From an uncultured Candidatus Saccharibacteria bacterium (lineage in GTDB: Bacteria; Patescibacteriota; Saccharimonadia; Saccharimonadales; UBA4665), in contig CAWJBZ010000004.1 in NCBI GenBank assembly GCA_963841325.1, positions 27,076 to 91,075 of the forward strand: 64,000 nt of DNA. Direction: 5' to 3'. Position 1 is the first letter of the stretch. Every line of letters begins with the position of its first letter. Position numbers and translations under genes: made by a program. The notes under the pieces are model-generated. The model did no database searches and had not been told where the DNA came from. It was given only the letters and a program-made list of their open reading frames with translations. Shown piece by piece: positions 19,974-31,334 of the stretch.

Positions 19974-20423
19974 GTGCTTATGCGTTTACGTTACGAAACT
20001 GGTATTGGGACTCTGGTTCAGTTTATAGTTACCACTGCATTAAGCTTCTTAAATACTATTATTTCAATCGTTAACGGATGTACCAGCGGTGTTAATGCTG
20101 ATTGCATCAGTAACACTTTAGTATCACTGATATTAATTATTTTGATTATTTTTGCTCTGGGATTCCTGTTGGTGTTAGGTTATGCCGCTCAGGAGCGACG
20201 TAGTAGCCGTCTAGCCAGGGTGTTAATTGTTTTAGAAGTATTTGCAGCATTTATTTATTTATATGATACGCAGCATGCGACTAGTATACTGGAACGGATT
20301 ACCAATCTCGTGTCCTGTCTGTTGGCTATTTGGGTGATTATTCTGGCTTGGCGATTATCCCGGGCTAAGGGTGGACGGATAGTTAAATTACGTAGTCGGC
20401 GGCGCCCAACCGTTAAAGATTAA
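19974..20423 (+). CDS. Hypothetical 4-TM membrane protein
   Basis: 149 aa, four hydrophobic helices and a basic C-terminus (RIVKLRSRRRPTVKD). Confidence 0.5.
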   Translation: MLMRLRYETGIGTLVQFIVTTALSFLNTIISIVNGCTSGVNADCISNTLVSLILIILIIFALGFLLVLGYAAQERRSSRLARVLIVLEVFAAFIYLYDTQHATSILERITNLVSCLLAIWVIILAWRLSRAKGGRIVKLRSRRRPTVKD

Positions 20424-21002
20424 TTAATTCTGTAATAAAAGCTGTAAATCAAGCTTCATCTGATCAAACGACTGATATTGGATAGCCTGCATGCCAACTC
20501 CCCTTGCACCTAGACAATATGCCTCTAAATCATCAATCATGATACATTCATTTAGTCTTACGCCTAGTTTATCGGCAGTTATTTCGTAGGCTTGAGCCTC
20601 CGGTTTGGCAAAACTAATATCGCCAGACGAAACAACTACATCGAAGTACTTAGTTAAGTCTTCGGCTGTAAAACGACGATACAATCCGCCGGTACTGATG
20701 TTGCTGAGCAAAGCAGTCTGATATTTCGGTCGTAGCCCAGCGATATAGTCAAGTATTTGCTGATCTTTCACCTCATTATTTTTAATTCGTACCTGGTATT
20801 CTACATCTGAAATGTTCAAAATTTTGGCTATCTTAGAATCGCAGACCTCGGCGCTAATTAATCCCTTGTTTGTGTCAGTTATTACCCTTTTTATAAGGTC
20901 GGCTTTTGCTGGATCAGTTTGGCGGAGTTGCCTACAAGTGGTTTTTAGTGTATCTGTTATAATCACCCCAAAACAATCGAAAATTACTGCTTTGATCATC
21001 AC
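20424..21002 (-). CDS. HAD-superfamily hydrolase
   Basis: 192 aa. Motif I AVIFDCFGV, motif II LLSN, motif IV MIDDLEA. Confidence 0.7.
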   Translation of the reverse strand: MMIKAVIFDCFGVIITDTLKTTCRQLRQTDPAKADLIKRVITDTNKGLISAEVCDSKIAKILNISDVEYQVRIKNNEVKDQQILDYIAGLRPKYQTALLSNISTGGLYRRFTAEDLTKYFDVVVSSGDISFAKPEAQAYEITADKLGVRLNECIMIDDLEAYCLGARGVGMQAIQYQSFDQMKLDLQLLLQN

Positions 21003-21039
21003 TTCTTTTTACAATCCAGAATAATGCTAATTAGCAATC

Positions 21040-23709
21040 TTAGAGTTCTCCCCAGTTATTGCCGATGCTAGTCTCTACGGTCAACTTAACAGCTATACTT
21101 GGATAGATATTTTCCATAGTCACTTTCAGTATATTTGCTACTTTTTCAGACATACTTTCTGGGCATTCCACTAAAATGGAGTCATGAATCTGCAATAGCA
21201 TATTGCAGTCGTTGTGTAATTCTCGCAGTTGTTTATCTAGTTTGGTCATAGCTAATTTCATCAGGTCGGCTTCTGTGCCCTGGATTGGCATATTCATGGC
21301 CGCTCGTTCAGCGGCAGTGCGAACGGCAAAATTAGGTGAATGGATATCCGGCATCGGCCGGCGACGGCCGAATAGTGTTTCAACATAACCATCCTTAAGT
21401 GCCCGTTCCTTCAAGTTTTCCAAGTAAGCGATCAGCGGCTTACGAATGGAGTTGTAGTCGGCTATAAAACGCTGGGCTTGTTCATAAGTCATGCCGGTCG
21501 CTTCCGATAAACCATGTGGACTCATGCCGTAAAGAATACCAAAATTAACAACCTTAGCGGTCCGACGCATTTGTTTAGTGACATCTTCTAATTGACGGCC
21601 GTAGACTAGTGCCGCAGTAGCCGCATGAATATCCACATCACGATTAAACATATCGATCAACTCTTTGTCCTGACTCATGGCGGCACTCAGCCGAAGCTCA
21701 AACTGACTATAGTCCGCGCTGACCAGTTTTTTACCCGGTCCGGCGATAAAAGCGGTACGGATTTTCCGACCCAGTTCCGTTCGAACTGGTATATTCTGCA
21801 GATTAGGGTCAGTGCTGGAAAGTCTTCCGGTTTGAGCAATAGTCAGATTGAAGGTGGTATGCAGCCGAGATTGTTTATCGACTAATAAGGGCAGCGTATC
21901 AACGTAGGTATTTTTTAACTTAGTAACTTCACGCCATTGGGTGATTAATCCAATAATTGGGTGTTGGTCTTGTAATTTATCGAGTTCACTAGCTGCCGTA
22001 CTAAATGTAGTTTTACCTTTTTTAATGCCAGCCGTGGATAACCCGAGGTGTAATTTACTGTATAAAATATCAGCTAATTGAGCTGGGCTGCCAATATTAA
22101 ACACTTCCCCAGCTTGGACATAAATTTGTCGTTCAATCCCCGCAATTACCTCATTGATTTCACTGCCCATATGCTGAAGATAGCTAGTGTCAAGTTGAAT
22201 GCCAACGTATTCCATGCGGGCTAGTACTGGTATGACCGGCCATTCTATATTACCAGCCAGTTCGGTAAATTTTGGGACTGAATGAAGCTCCTTAATTTGT
22301 TGTTCATAAAGCGCTTTAATAACGGCGATGATTGCCGGTGCTTGAGTAACATATTGTGAGGGTTTGAGATTTTCAAAAGCTAAACCTTGGTAGTGTAGAT
22401 CTGTCGTAGCTAGTTCAGTAAGAGTCTGCTCACGACGTAATGAATTCAATATAAAGGCTCCGATGAGTATGTCATGGCCAACTTCCGGTAATTGGTTAAT
22501 ACCTAAGGCCAGCAATACTTCAAGAGTAGCTTTAACATCATGCCCGATAAATGGCGCGGCATCTCTCAGCCAAGCGATTACTTTTTGGGGATCAAGTTTT
22601 GTCAAATCAAGGGCGTAGACTATTAAACCATCGGCGCTAACCAATAACATCAATGGTCCGCGACCATGTTCAGCTTTGGCCCAAGAATGAATAAATAGGT
22701 GCTCGGCATTTTTCAGATGGAGATTAGCTAATTTTTGGTTGCTATCGACAACAGTACATTTACCAGTCGGTCGGAGATGTTCGGCTTTAGTTGCGGCATT
22801 ATGATTGCCAATGGCTAATTGCATAATCTCTGGTAATTGACGAGCTAGTGTACGAAATTCCAGTTTTTGCAATAGCTCAAGTAATTTAGCCGGTTGGATT
22901 TTACTGCCGTCAACTTCAGATAAGTCAAGTTTTAATGGTGCATCCGTCCAAATCCGGGCCAGTTCTTTGCTTAACTGGGCCATTTTTTTGCCTGCCCCCA
23001 GTTTGTCGCGTAGACTCTGCTTAATTAGTGGCAAGTTTTTATAGACACCGTCAAGTGTTTTATATTGCTGCAGAAGCTCCATAGCTGTCTTTTCTCCGAT
23101 GCCTGGCACTCCCGGTATATTATCTGAAGAATCCCCCTTGAGGGCTTTGAAATCCAAAAACTGTTCGGGTTTAATCCCATATTTGGCCTCAAAACTTTCC
23201 GGCGAATACAAATCGATGTTGCTGAGACCATGCTTAATCACATAAACATGCACGTGCGGATCAACCAGTTGTAGCATATCCAGATCACTAGTCACCAGTA
23301 ATGTTTCAATTCCCTTTTTAGTAGCCTGTAAAGCCAGTGTTCCCATCAGATCATCAGACTCGTAGTCATCCATTTCGTAAAGTGGCCAACCAAACGTTTT
23401 AAGTAGTTCTTGTAAAATCGGAATTTGCGCATAAAAATCGGCTGGTGGAGATTTACGGCCAGCTTTATATTCTGGATAAAGTTTTAGCCGACGACGGATA
23501 TTGGTTTTTGGCTTGTCCCAAGCAACAGCCACATAATCTGGTTTCAGGCGGCGAATAACTTCCAGGGCCATGGTAGCGAACCCGAACACACCACCGGTCG
23601 GTGTGCCGTCTTTAGTGGTTAAATTCGGCATGGCATAATAACCGCGATAAAACACGCTTTTACCATCAATAATTACAAACTTCTTACGCTTCTCTGATAA
23701 GACATCCAT
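21040..23709 (-). CDS. polA: DNA polymerase I
   Basis: 889 aa. 5'-nuclease domain (GIPGVPGIGEKTA), central exonuclease-like domain, and polymerase motifs DYSQFELR, RRTAKVVNFGILYG and QIHDSILVE. Confidence 0.95.
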   Translation of the reverse strand: MDVLSEKRKKFVIIDGKSVFYRGYYAMPNLTTKDGTPTGGVFGFATMALEVIRRLKPDYVAVAWDKPKTNIRRRLKLYPEYKAGRKSPPADFYAQIPILQELLKTFGWPLYEMDDYESDDLMGTLALQATKKGIETLLVTSDLDMLQLVDPHVHVYVIKHGLSNIDLYSPESFEAKYGIKPEQFLDFKALKGDSSDNIPGVPGIGEKTAMELLQQYKTLDGVYKNLPLIKQSLRDKLGAGKKMAQLSKELARIWTDAPLKLDLSEVDGSKIQPAKLLELLQKLEFRTLARQLPEIMQLAIGNHNAATKAEHLRPTGKCTVVDSNQKLANLHLKNAEHLFIHSWAKAEHGRGPLMLLVSADGLIVYALDLTKLDPQKVIAWLRDAAPFIGHDVKATLEVLLALGINQLPEVGHDILIGAFILNSLRREQTLTELATTDLHYQGLAFENLKPSQYVTQAPAIIAVIKALYEQQIKELHSVPKFTELAGNIEWPVIPVLARMEYVGIQLDTSYLQHMGSEINEVIAGIERQIYVQAGEVFNIGSPAQLADILYSKLHLGLSTAGIKKGKTTFSTAASELDKLQDQHPIIGLITQWREVTKLKNTYVDTLPLLVDKQSRLHTTFNLTIAQTGRLSSTDPNLQNIPVRTELGRKIRTAFIAGPGKKLVSADYSQFELRLSAAMSQDKELIDMFNRDVDIHAATAALVYGRQLEDVTKQMRRTAKVVNFGILYGMSPHGLSEATGMTYEQAQRFIADYNSIRKPLIAYLENLKERALKDGYVETLFGRRRPMPDIHSPNFAVRTAAERAAMNMPIQGTEADLMKLAMTKLDKQLRELHNDCNMLLQIHDSILVECPESMSEKVANILKVTMENIYPSIAVKLTVETSIGNNWGEL

Positions 23710-23794
23710 AATAATCAGTATAGCTCAGTTACTATACGGTCTCTAACTAAACATCAGGTAACAGACAAGCTCAAAGTGTATAATAATCCTGAAG

Positions 23795-26626
23795 ATGAAC
23801 ACGGTGGGATCAGATAAGCGCTTGAATTACTACCGCTTGGCACCGGCTGATGTTATTGCCGAATTGCGAAGCCATAAAATGGGCCTGACCAATGCTGAGG
23901 CGGCTCGCCGTTTGGAGCAACTGGGCCCTAATGCCTTATACCATGTGCATCATGAATTAATACTGACTACCTTATTACGCCAGTTCAAAAGTCTGTTCGT
24001 CATCATCTTACTAGTTAGCGCTGTTTTCGCACTATATTTACAAGACGGTAAAACAGCTATCATCCTGATTTTTATCGCACTAATGAATGCTGCAGTTGGT
24101 TTCTTCCAAGAACATAAAGCTGAAACTCTAATGGAGAATCTAGAGGAACTAATGGTTCCGCACGCTAAAGTATTGCGTAACGGTAATCTGAGAACAATAG
24201 ATTCAACGAAACTCGTTTTAGGCGATATCGTTTACATCGAAGAGGGGGATGCAGTACCAGCTGATCTACGCCTATTAGATGAGATTGAACTAACCACCAA
24301 TGACTTTGCCCTAACTGGCGAGAGTAACCCAAGCCGTAAGTTTGTTCATGCTATTTCAGCCGTAGTTCCGTTACCTAACCGGCACAATCTGGCTTTTATG
24401 AGCACTACCGTAGCCACCGGAATGGCTCATGGCATCGTTATTGGTACTGGTATGCATACCGAGCTAGGCCGGATTGCTTCCTTAAGCCAAGTCCAAACAG
24501 TTGATTCTTCGCCACTACAAAAAGAGATGAATAACTTGGCTACCCGAATTACCCAAGGGACACTTATTCTAGCCGTATTACTGGCAATTGTGGCATTGCA
24601 AGCCAACTTAGGGCTAAAGGCCGCTTTACTGTTTGCTATCGGAATCAGTGCCGCAATGATTCCTAACGGTTTAGTTGCCGAGGTTAATATCACTTTGGCG
24701 CAAACCGCCAGTCGGATGGCTAAAGCCCGAGCGTTAATTAAAAAACTATCGGCAGTGGAAACACTCGGCGCCACCAATATTATCTTAACTGACAAAACCG
24801 GAACACTTACCAAAAACGAAATGACTATCAGCCAATTGCTGGTGGGGCGAACTAATTATCAAGTCAGCGGGACCGGTTATGAGCCTGGTGGTTCAATTCT
24901 AAGCAATCAACAAAAAACTCTATCCAATCAAGCGCTAGATGCTTTATCGCTCTTTTTTACAGCCGGAGCTTTAGCCTGTAACGCTAAAGTTAGTCAACCC
25001 GATGCTCAACATCTGACATGGTACGCCATTGGTGATCCGACCGAAGGTGCCATAATCACGCTAGCCAGAAAAGCCGGGTTAAATACCGAGAGGCTGCTAT
25101 TGTCGTACCCGGAAATCCGAGAGTTCCAATTCGATGCTGGCCGTAAGCTTATGAGTTCCGTTCGTCATTCAAGCGATCAAATCATGGTGTTTAGTAAAGG
25201 CGCTCCGGAAGCGGTACTCGAAAACAGTACTAAGCTTTGGGATCATGGACATGTCCGCCGGCTAACGGCAGCTGATCAAACTTTTTTCAAGTCTTATAAC
25301 GAAGCTGAAGCTAAAAAAGCGATGCGTAATTTAGCTTTGGCCTATCGAATTCTCCCAGCAAATACGAACGTCGAAAAACTCAACTTTAACGAGGTTGAGC
25401 AGAATCTTATTTTCTTAGGTATGGTTAGTATGAGTGATCCTTTGCGCGATGATGTCCCGGCGGCAATGACCACTGCCCGTCAAGCCCATGTCCACGTGTC
25501 GGTGATAACCGGTGATTACCCAACTACGGCCAAAGCGATCGCTATCAAGGCTAGATTGGCTGCATCTAATGACCAAGTTAAAATAGTGCTTTCCGATGAA
25601 TTAGCTACCCTATCAGACAGTCAGATCATGCAATTAGTCGAAGACGGTGGCACTATTTTTTCTCGGGCATCTCCCGAAGATAAACTCCGGATTGTCGAAA
25701 TAGTCAAAGCCAGCAGACAAGTTGTCGCTGTCACCGGCGATGGGATTAATGATGCCCCGGCCCTCAAACGAGCCGATATTGGTGTGGCAATGGGTAAAAC
25801 CGGGACAGACGTAGCTAAAGACGCTGCTGAAATCGTGCTGTTGGATGATAGTTTCAGTACACTAGTCAAAGCAATTGAGCAAGGACGGTTAACTTTCCAT
25901 AATATTCAGAAAGCCGCCCGTTGTGCTTTGACCGATAACTGCAGTGAGTTATTGGCTATTCTGATTAGTTTAGCCAGCCAGGTATTGTTCCACATACCAA
26001 TGGCAATTACTGCTATCCAGATCTTGGCCATAGATGTAATTGCGCAAATATTTCCAATTTCGGCCCTAGGATGGGATAAACCACTAGCTAATCTAATGCA
26101 TGATCGGCCCCGGCGGTTAAAAGATCATATTATCAATGGCACTACAATTCGCGAGTTCGTGTTGTTTGGTTTATTATCGGCCGCATTGGCTTATGTTAAT
26201 TTCTTATTTTTCTTTGCTCGGAGGGGCCTGAGTCCCGCCTATATCGACACCAGCAGCGGTTTATATGCACAGGCTACTATTTTAACCTATCTTACGCTGG
26301 TGCTTTGTCAGTTTATGAATTTATTATTAGTCCGGACTGACGAGCATCATAATTTCTTTAGTAATTATTTATGGAGCAACAAGAAGCTACTGATTGCTTT
26401 TGGTTTATCGCTTTTCTGTATCTTTAATATTCTTTACAATCCAGTTATTCAGCCCTATTTCCACGCCGGACCATTAAACTTCATCGATTGGTTAACGGCT
26501 ATTGGTGCAGCCATTATTTACTTAGGTATTCGTTTGCTCCAGAGGCATACCAGAAAACACACCCGTCAGGCAGTAATTAAGCTTCACCAAGAAGTACACG
26601 GCAAAACTTCCCTTGCCCAAATATAA
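23795..26626 (+). CDS. Cation-transporting P-type ATPase (P2-like)
   Basis: 943 aa. Cation_ATPase_N-like start, TGES, phosphorylation site DKTGTLT, hinge TGDGINDAPAL, 10 TM segments. The TM4 motif is IPNGL where PEGL is usual. Confidence 0.88.
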   Translation: MNTVGSDKRLNYYRLAPADVIAELRSHKMGLTNAEAARRLEQLGPNALYHVHHELILTTLLRQFKSLFVIILLVSAVFALYLQDGKTAIILIFIALMNAAVGFFQEHKAETLMENLEELMVPHAKVLRNGNLRTIDSTKLVLGDIVYIEEGDAVPADLRLLDEIELTTNDFALTGESNPSRKFVHAISAVVPLPNRHNLAFMSTTVATGMAHGIVIGTGMHTELGRIASLSQVQTVDSSPLQKEMNNLATRITQGTLILAVLLAIVALQANLGLKAALLFAIGISAAMIPNGLVAEVNITLAQTASRMAKARALIKKLSAVETLGATNIILTDKTGTLTKNEMTISQLLVGRTNYQVSGTGYEPGGSILSNQQKTLSNQALDALSLFFTAGALACNAKVSQPDAQHLTWYAIGDPTEGAIITLARKAGLNTERLLLSYPEIREFQFDAGRKLMSSVRHSSDQIMVFSKGAPEAVLENSTKLWDHGHVRRLTAADQTFFKSYNEAEAKKAMRNLALAYRILPANTNVEKLNFNEVEQNLIFLGMVSMSDPLRDDVPAAMTTARQAHVHVSVITGDYPTTAKAIAIKARLAASNDQVKIVLSDELATLSDSQIMQLVEDGGTIFSRASPEDKLRIVEIVKASRQVVAVTGDGINDAPALKRADIGVAMGKTGTDVAKDAAEIVLLDDSFSTLVKAIEQGRLTFHNIQKAARCALTDNCSELLAILISLASQVLFHIPMAITAIQILAIDVIAQIFPISALGWDKPLANLMHDRPRRLKDHIINGTTIREFVLFGLLSAALAYVNFLFFFARRGLSPAYIDTSSGLYAQATILTYLTLVLCQFMNLLLVRTDEHHNFFSNYLWSNKKLLIAFGLSLFCIFNILYNPVIQPYFHAGPLNFIDWLTAIGAAIIYLGIRLLQRHTRKHTRQAVIKLHQEVHGKTSLAQI

Positions 26627-26670
26627 ATAACTAGATATTAAATAGAGCTAGTGATGCTTAGATAAGGCTA

Positions 26671-27810
26671 TTAACCCTTGATATAATCGTGTAGCTTTTT
26701 AGCATCGCGGTGTTTCCGCAATTTTGCCAGAGCTTTAGCCTCTATTTGGCGAATTCGTTCGCGGGTAACCGCAAATTCCTGACCAACCTCTTCAAGAGTG
26801 TGGCTTTTGCCATCTTCCAAACCAAAGCGCAATTTAATGATCTTTTGTTCACGTTCGGTTAAAGCATTAAGCATATCTTTAACCTGTTCTTTAAGTAACT
26901 GACTAGTGGCTGATTCTTCAGGCGTAACAGCTTCCTCATCTTCAATAAAATCAGCTAGCACCGAATCATCTTCATCGTCACGGATAGATGCATCTAAACT
27001 AGAGATATCTTGTTTGATCTTCATAATGTGTTCGACTTTATCAACGTCGATTTCCATTTCCTTGGCAATTTCTTCGTTGGTCGGCTCACGATTCAGCTTT
27101 TGAGTCAACCGACGCTGAGTCCGTAATAGTTTGTTAATGGTCTCGACCATATGAACTGGAATTCGAATGGTACGCGCTTGATCGGCAATTGCTCGAGTAA
27201 TTGCTTGACGAATCCACCAGGTAGCATAGGTTGAGAATTTAAAGCCTTTATTAGGGTCAAATTTCTCGACAGCACGTAGTAAGCCAGTATTACCTTCTTG
27301 GATTAAGTCAAGCAGGTCTAAACCACGGCCAACATAACGCTTAGCAATTGATACTACTAAACGCATATTAGCCTCGGCCATTTTATCCTTAGCATCCTTT
27401 TCGCCAGAGGAAACACGCTTAGCCAATGCCAATTCTTCTTCCGCCGTAAGTAGCGGTATTTTACCAATTTCCCGCAAATAGAGTCTAACCGAGTCGTCAG
27501 CAATATCATCATCAAGGTACCCTGATGCTTCTGGTGAAGCGGCTTCTTCTTCCTCTTCCTCTACTAGCCATTCATCGCTAAAGTTTTCGGCATCTGGTTC
27601 GGCCAAAGTTACTTCAATATTGGCATCAGCTAGTTCGGTGTAAAGTTTATCGAGGATTTCGGCATTTTCCGGTACTTCTGGAATAGTCGATAATATCTCT
27701 TTTTGACTAATATGTCCGTCTTTTTTGGCTTGCTCAACCAAACGCGTCTTGGTTGCCTCCATGTCTTCGGGCGTCTTAATGCTCGGTTGTTTATCTTTAG
27801 GCATGATCAA
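26671..27810 (-). CDS. rpoD: RNA polymerase primary sigma factor
   Basis: 379 aa. Region 2 ([51 protein letters not shown]) and region 4 ([20 protein letters not shown]). The start overlaps the dnaG stop by 4 nt. Confidence 0.95.
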   Translation of the reverse strand: MIMPKDKQPSIKTPEDMEATKTRLVEQAKKDGHISQKEILSTIPEVPENAEILDKLYTELADANIEVTLAEPDAENFSDEWLVEEEEEEAASPEASGYLDDDIADDSVRLYLREIGKIPLLTAEEELALAKRVSSGEKDAKDKMAEANMRLVVSIAKRYVGRGLDLLDLIQEGNTGLLRAVEKFDPNKGFKFSTYATWWIRQAITRAIADQARTIRIPVHMVETINKLLRTQRRLTQKLNREPTNEEIAKEMEIDVDKVEHIMKIKQDISSLDASIRDDEDDSVLADFIEDEEAVTPEESATSQLLKEQVKDMLNALTEREQKIIKLRFGLEDGKSHTLEEVGQEFAVTRERIRQIEAKALAKLRKHRDAKKLHDYIKG

Positions 27811-29576
27811 ATTCCTCCCGTCACTTGCTTAAGTAATTTATCTAGCCGTTTAACCTGTTCTAACAACGAAGTAGTATGGGCTTCGTTTGCCATATCTAGT
27901 TGTGCGGCTAGTTTTTGCTTTTGACGTTTCACATAAACTTCAACCAGTCTTGTTTGTAGTCGAGCCGCTTCATATTCCAGTTCTGGAAGCTCGATATTCT
28001 GGTAGAGCTCTTCATATTCTAATATTAAGATTTTAACATATTCGGCAGCCGATTTCAATCTGTCAGTGTCCTCAGCTTTAAAGTCTGGGTTAGTTTTTAT
28101 AAAATCAAGTGTTTGTCTGGCTTCGTCACTGAGTAGCATCTCGGGTGTCACTAATTTCAAATGAACGCGTAAATCCGGCAACATCAGAGTTAATGCCAAT
28201 AGGTGATCTTGCAGCTTATGGTATTCAATCTGTTCGGGACTCGACAACAACAGATCAGCTCTTGATGATTTACGAAAAACTTTATTTTCTGGAATAGCTT
28301 GCAATTTAGCTAGCAGAGCTTCATGGCTAATATTAATCGCCGAGGCTATGGCATTTAAGTAATGATCCTGCTCCACGCTATCTTGCAAACGCTGTACTAG
28401 GGGCAATAAAACGTCGGTAAATTGCCGCTTACCAGGCGCACTTTTAATGTCTATCAGCTGTTGATAGCGTTTCATTAACCAATCAAGTGCATAGCTATAT
28501 TTTGTGACCGCAGTTTGCCAAAGAAGCGGGTCTCGGCGTATTAGCTCATCTGGGTCTTTATCTTTGGGTATATCGATAATACTAAGGGAAACCCCGACTT
28601 TACTGGCAATCGGTATAGCTCGCTCCATGGCTGATAGTCCGGCTTGGTCAGTATCAAAACTAAGTCGGATATCATTTGTCAAACGGCTAATTATTTTAAG
28701 ATGTTGCTCGGTCAGAGCCGTCCCGGCGACGGCTACGGCCTGTCGGACATTAGCTTGATGACTGGCAATAACGTCCATATTGCCTTCAGTGATAACGGTA
28801 AAGCCGTTTTTACGGATGGCTTCTTTAGCCAGATGTAGGCCGAAAACGTGGCGTGATTTATCATAGAGTACCGTTTGAGGGGTATTAATATACTTGGGCG
28901 AATTAGGATCATCCGAGAGTACCCGACCGGTAAAACCGATAATTGCCCCGAAGGGATCCTGTAAGGGTATCATCAGTCGGTCACGAAACATATCGGAAGG
29001 CGTCTGGGAACGCCAGGTAATTAAACCGGCTTGGCGGATTTCCGCATCGTTATAACCCTTACTTTTAAGAAAAACATGGAGTGCGTTACCGCTACTCGGA
29101 GCGTAACCTATTTTCCAGGTTAACACTGTCTCTCGAGTGAATTGTCGCTTCTTGAAAACATAGTCGAGTATTATTCGATTCTTAGTCAAATGATGTTGGT
29201 AAAATCTGGCGCTTAACTCTAATAATTCATGCAGTCGTGCCTTATTGGGACCATCACCGCGATCATTTCGGTTATACTGTTCAAGATCAATGCCAGCTTT
29301 ACGTGCCAAAAGTTCCAATGCACCTTTAAAGTCTAAGCCTTCCATCTCCATCACAAAACTGAACATGTTACCACCTTTTCCAGATGAGAAATCATGCCAA
29401 ATTTGTTTTTCCGGACTAACCATGAAACTGGCTGTTTTTTCGTTAGTAAAGGGGCTTAAGCCTTTCCAGTTACGACCAGAACGTTTTAATTGAACATATT
29501 CACTAATGACATCTTCAATACTCAACCGAGCTTTAATCTCGTCAATTGCATCCATTGTAAGGATATTGTACGCCAT
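27807..29576 (-). CDS. dnaG: DNA primase
   Basis: 589 aa. A degenerate zinc-ribbon region and a TOPRIM domain ([14 protein letters not shown]). Conserved dnaG-rpoD operon arrangement. Confidence 0.9.
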   Translation of the reverse strand: MAYNILTMDAIDEIKARLSIEDVISEYVQLKRSGRNWKGLSPFTNEKTASFMVSPEKQIWHDFSSGKGGNMFSFVMEMEGLDFKGALELLARKAGIDLEQYNRNDRGDGPNKARLHELLELSARFYQHHLTKNRIILDYVFKKRQFTRETVLTWKIGYAPSSGNALHVFLKSKGYNDAEIRQAGLITWRSQTPSDMFRDRLMIPLQDPFGAIIGFTGRVLSDDPNSPKYINTPQTVLYDKSRHVFGLHLAKEAIRKNGFTVITEGNMDVIASHQANVRQAVAVAGTALTEQHLKIISRLTNDIRLSFDTDQAGLSAMERAIPIASKVGVSLSIIDIPKDKDPDELIRRDPLLWQTAVTKYSYALDWLMKRYQQLIDIKSAPGKRQFTDVLLPLVQRLQDSVEQDHYLNAIASAINISHEALLAKLQAIPENKVFRKSSRADLLLSSPEQIEYHKLQDHLLALTLMLPDLRVHLKLVTPEMLLSDEARQTLDFIKTNPDFKAEDTDRLKSAAEYVKILILEYEELYQNIELPELEYEAARLQTRLVEVYVKRQKQKLAAQLDMANEAHTTSLLEQVKRLDKLLKQVTGGI

Positions 29577-29656
29577 TCGGCCTGATGAAGTTTATAGCTT
29601 ACCCCAATAAAGTTTCGCGAAGTATTTTGGCACACATACACCGCTTATGATTAAAT

Positions 29657-30301
29657 ATGATTATGCCTCCATCACAACCATACGGGCCGGCCCCATCAGA
29701 GCCAAAACCAGAACAATATGATTTTATCGTCAATTACGGTAAGCATAGTCACTCTAACAAACTTATTGCCTTGGATAATACTTCACTTAAAACTCGTTTA
29801 CTAGTGACCGGAATCGGTGGTTTTGTTCTGATTGTTATAATCTGGATTTTAGTCGCCCTTTTATCAAGCTCAACTACTTCTGTCTCCTCCCCATTAACTT
29901 CTATAGTTAAACAACAAGCTGATATAGCACAGGTATCCTTGGCAGCGGGACAAACCGCCACCGAACAACCAACCCAAAATTTTGCTATTACTACCGATCT
30001 AAGCTTATTAAGTGAACAAAATGCTTTTGTTACTTATCTACGTAGTCTGGGCAGTAAGCCTAGTAGTAACGATTTACAAGCAACGCCCAATTCAAAGACT
30101 GAAGCATCTTTACGAGCCGCCCAAAACGCCGGCGTTTATGACCAGACCTACATCGCTATTGCCCAATCTCAACTGACTACCTACGAACATTCCTTGCAGC
30201 AGGCTTTCGCCAACACCAATAATCTTAAGGAAAGACAGTTACTCAGTTCTGCCTATAATCAAGCCCAGTTGTTGATGCAACAAAGTACCCAAACAGAGTA
30301 G
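29657..30301 (+). CDS. Hypothetical single-TM protein
   Basis: 214 aa. Pro-rich N-terminus, one TM helix (LLVTGIGGFVLIVIIWILVALL), Q/S/T-rich ectodomain. Confidence 0.5.
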   Translation: MIMPPSQPYGPAPSEPKPEQYDFIVNYGKHSHSNKLIALDNTSLKTRLLVTGIGGFVLIVIIWILVALLSSSTTSVSSPLTSIVKQQADIAQVSLAAGQTATEQPTQNFAITTDLSLLSEQNAFVTYLRSLGSKPSSNDLQATPNSKTEASLRAAQNAGVYDQTYIAIAQSQLTTYEHSLQQAFANTNNLKERQLLSSAYNQAQLLMQQSTQTE

Positions 30302-30330
30302 CTTAACTTATCGGTCGTCCAATAAATTTG

Positions 30331-30666
30331 TTAGTGCTGTTTAGTTTTTTCAGCGCAGACTATATCGTAGGAGTGACGTATTAGGTCTTGTACTTCCGGC
30401 CAATTGAGCTGACCGCTAAGTATAAGAGTATTCCAATGTTTTTTATTCAGATGACTACCGGGCATGACGCTCTCATAACGTTGTCGCAAAACATTAGCTA
30501 ACACCGGATCACATCTTAGACTGATCTGGACCGGATCTTTTCCTTCTTTGATTAGTGCAAACATTTCTTCGTCGGCTTTATAAACCGCTAAATCCTTATC
30601 AAATGGGTATTCCCGCACTGTCTTCGGTAAACTTAAAATAAAATTTTCAACGGTAACCTGATTCAT
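30331..30666 (-). CDS. MmcQ/YjbR-family protein
   Basis: 111 aa. MPGSHLNKKHWNTLIL resembles the family signature (PGYHMNKKHWNTV). Confidence 0.7.
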   Translation of the reverse strand: MNQVTVENFILSLPKTVREYPFDKDLAVYKADEEMFALIKEGKDPVQISLRCDPVLANVLRQRYESVMPGSHLNKKHWNTLILSGQLNWPEVQDLIRHSYDIVCAEKTKQH

Positions 30667-30737
30667 GGCCCTTATTATAAAACGATATTGATTAGTTTTA
30701 GGGGCGAATGTAGCTTATGTTAATACAAAATTTCATT

Positions 30738-31316
30738 TTATAGGTCATCCGGTTGTTTTATATCACAGTTTGTCTTTAGCCATGCTAGATAATAACGAAG
30801 TTCGGTAATCGATTCCTTGATATCATCCATAGCACGATGAACTTCTTTCCCCTTAAAATCGATGTCGTATTTGCCTTGCATTAAAATTTTTAAGGCACTG
30901 ACATCTAACATCCGGTAATGTAATTTTTGGTTAAAAGCTGGCCACCAATGTCTAATGTAGGCTCGGTCGTAATGAATAGAATTTCCAGCTAGTATCGCCG
31001 GTTCATTTTTAAAATACTGGTTAACCAAATTGATTAAATCTCGTTCTACCTGCTTGAGTGGTTCACCGATTTTAATACCCTGCAATAGGGCCTGACGATT
31101 AGCTGGATAACTCTCCCACCAGTTATTTTTTGCCATAAGTCTTTCTACGATTTTTGGGTTCTGTTTGATCATCGCTTGATAAACAGCGAGCGTTTTAAAG
31201 TTAAAATCAGTCACTAAGACTGCTATTTCAAGGATGACGTCTTTTTCAGGATTTAATCCGGTCGTCTCCAGATCGACCCATAACAAATTTTTTGGTATCG
31301 CATGCTTGTCAATCAT
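30738..31316 (-). CDS. orn: Oligoribonuclease (DEDDh exonuclease)
   Basis: 192 aa. LLWVDLETTGLNPEKDVILEIA, AGNSIHYDRAYI, YRMLDVSALK and HRAMDDIKESITELRYY track E. coli Orn along the full length. Confidence 0.85.
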   Translation of the reverse strand: MIDKHAIPKNLLWVDLETTGLNPEKDVILEIAVLVTDFNFKTLAVYQAMIKQNPKIVERLMAKNNWWESYPANRQALLQGIKIGEPLKQVERDLINLVNQYFKNEPAILAGNSIHYDRAYIRHWWPAFNQKLHYRMLDVSALKILMQGKYDIDFKGKEVHRAMDDIKESITELRYYLAWLKTNCDIKQPDDL

Positions 31317-31334
31317 TAACCTGATTATAGCGTA

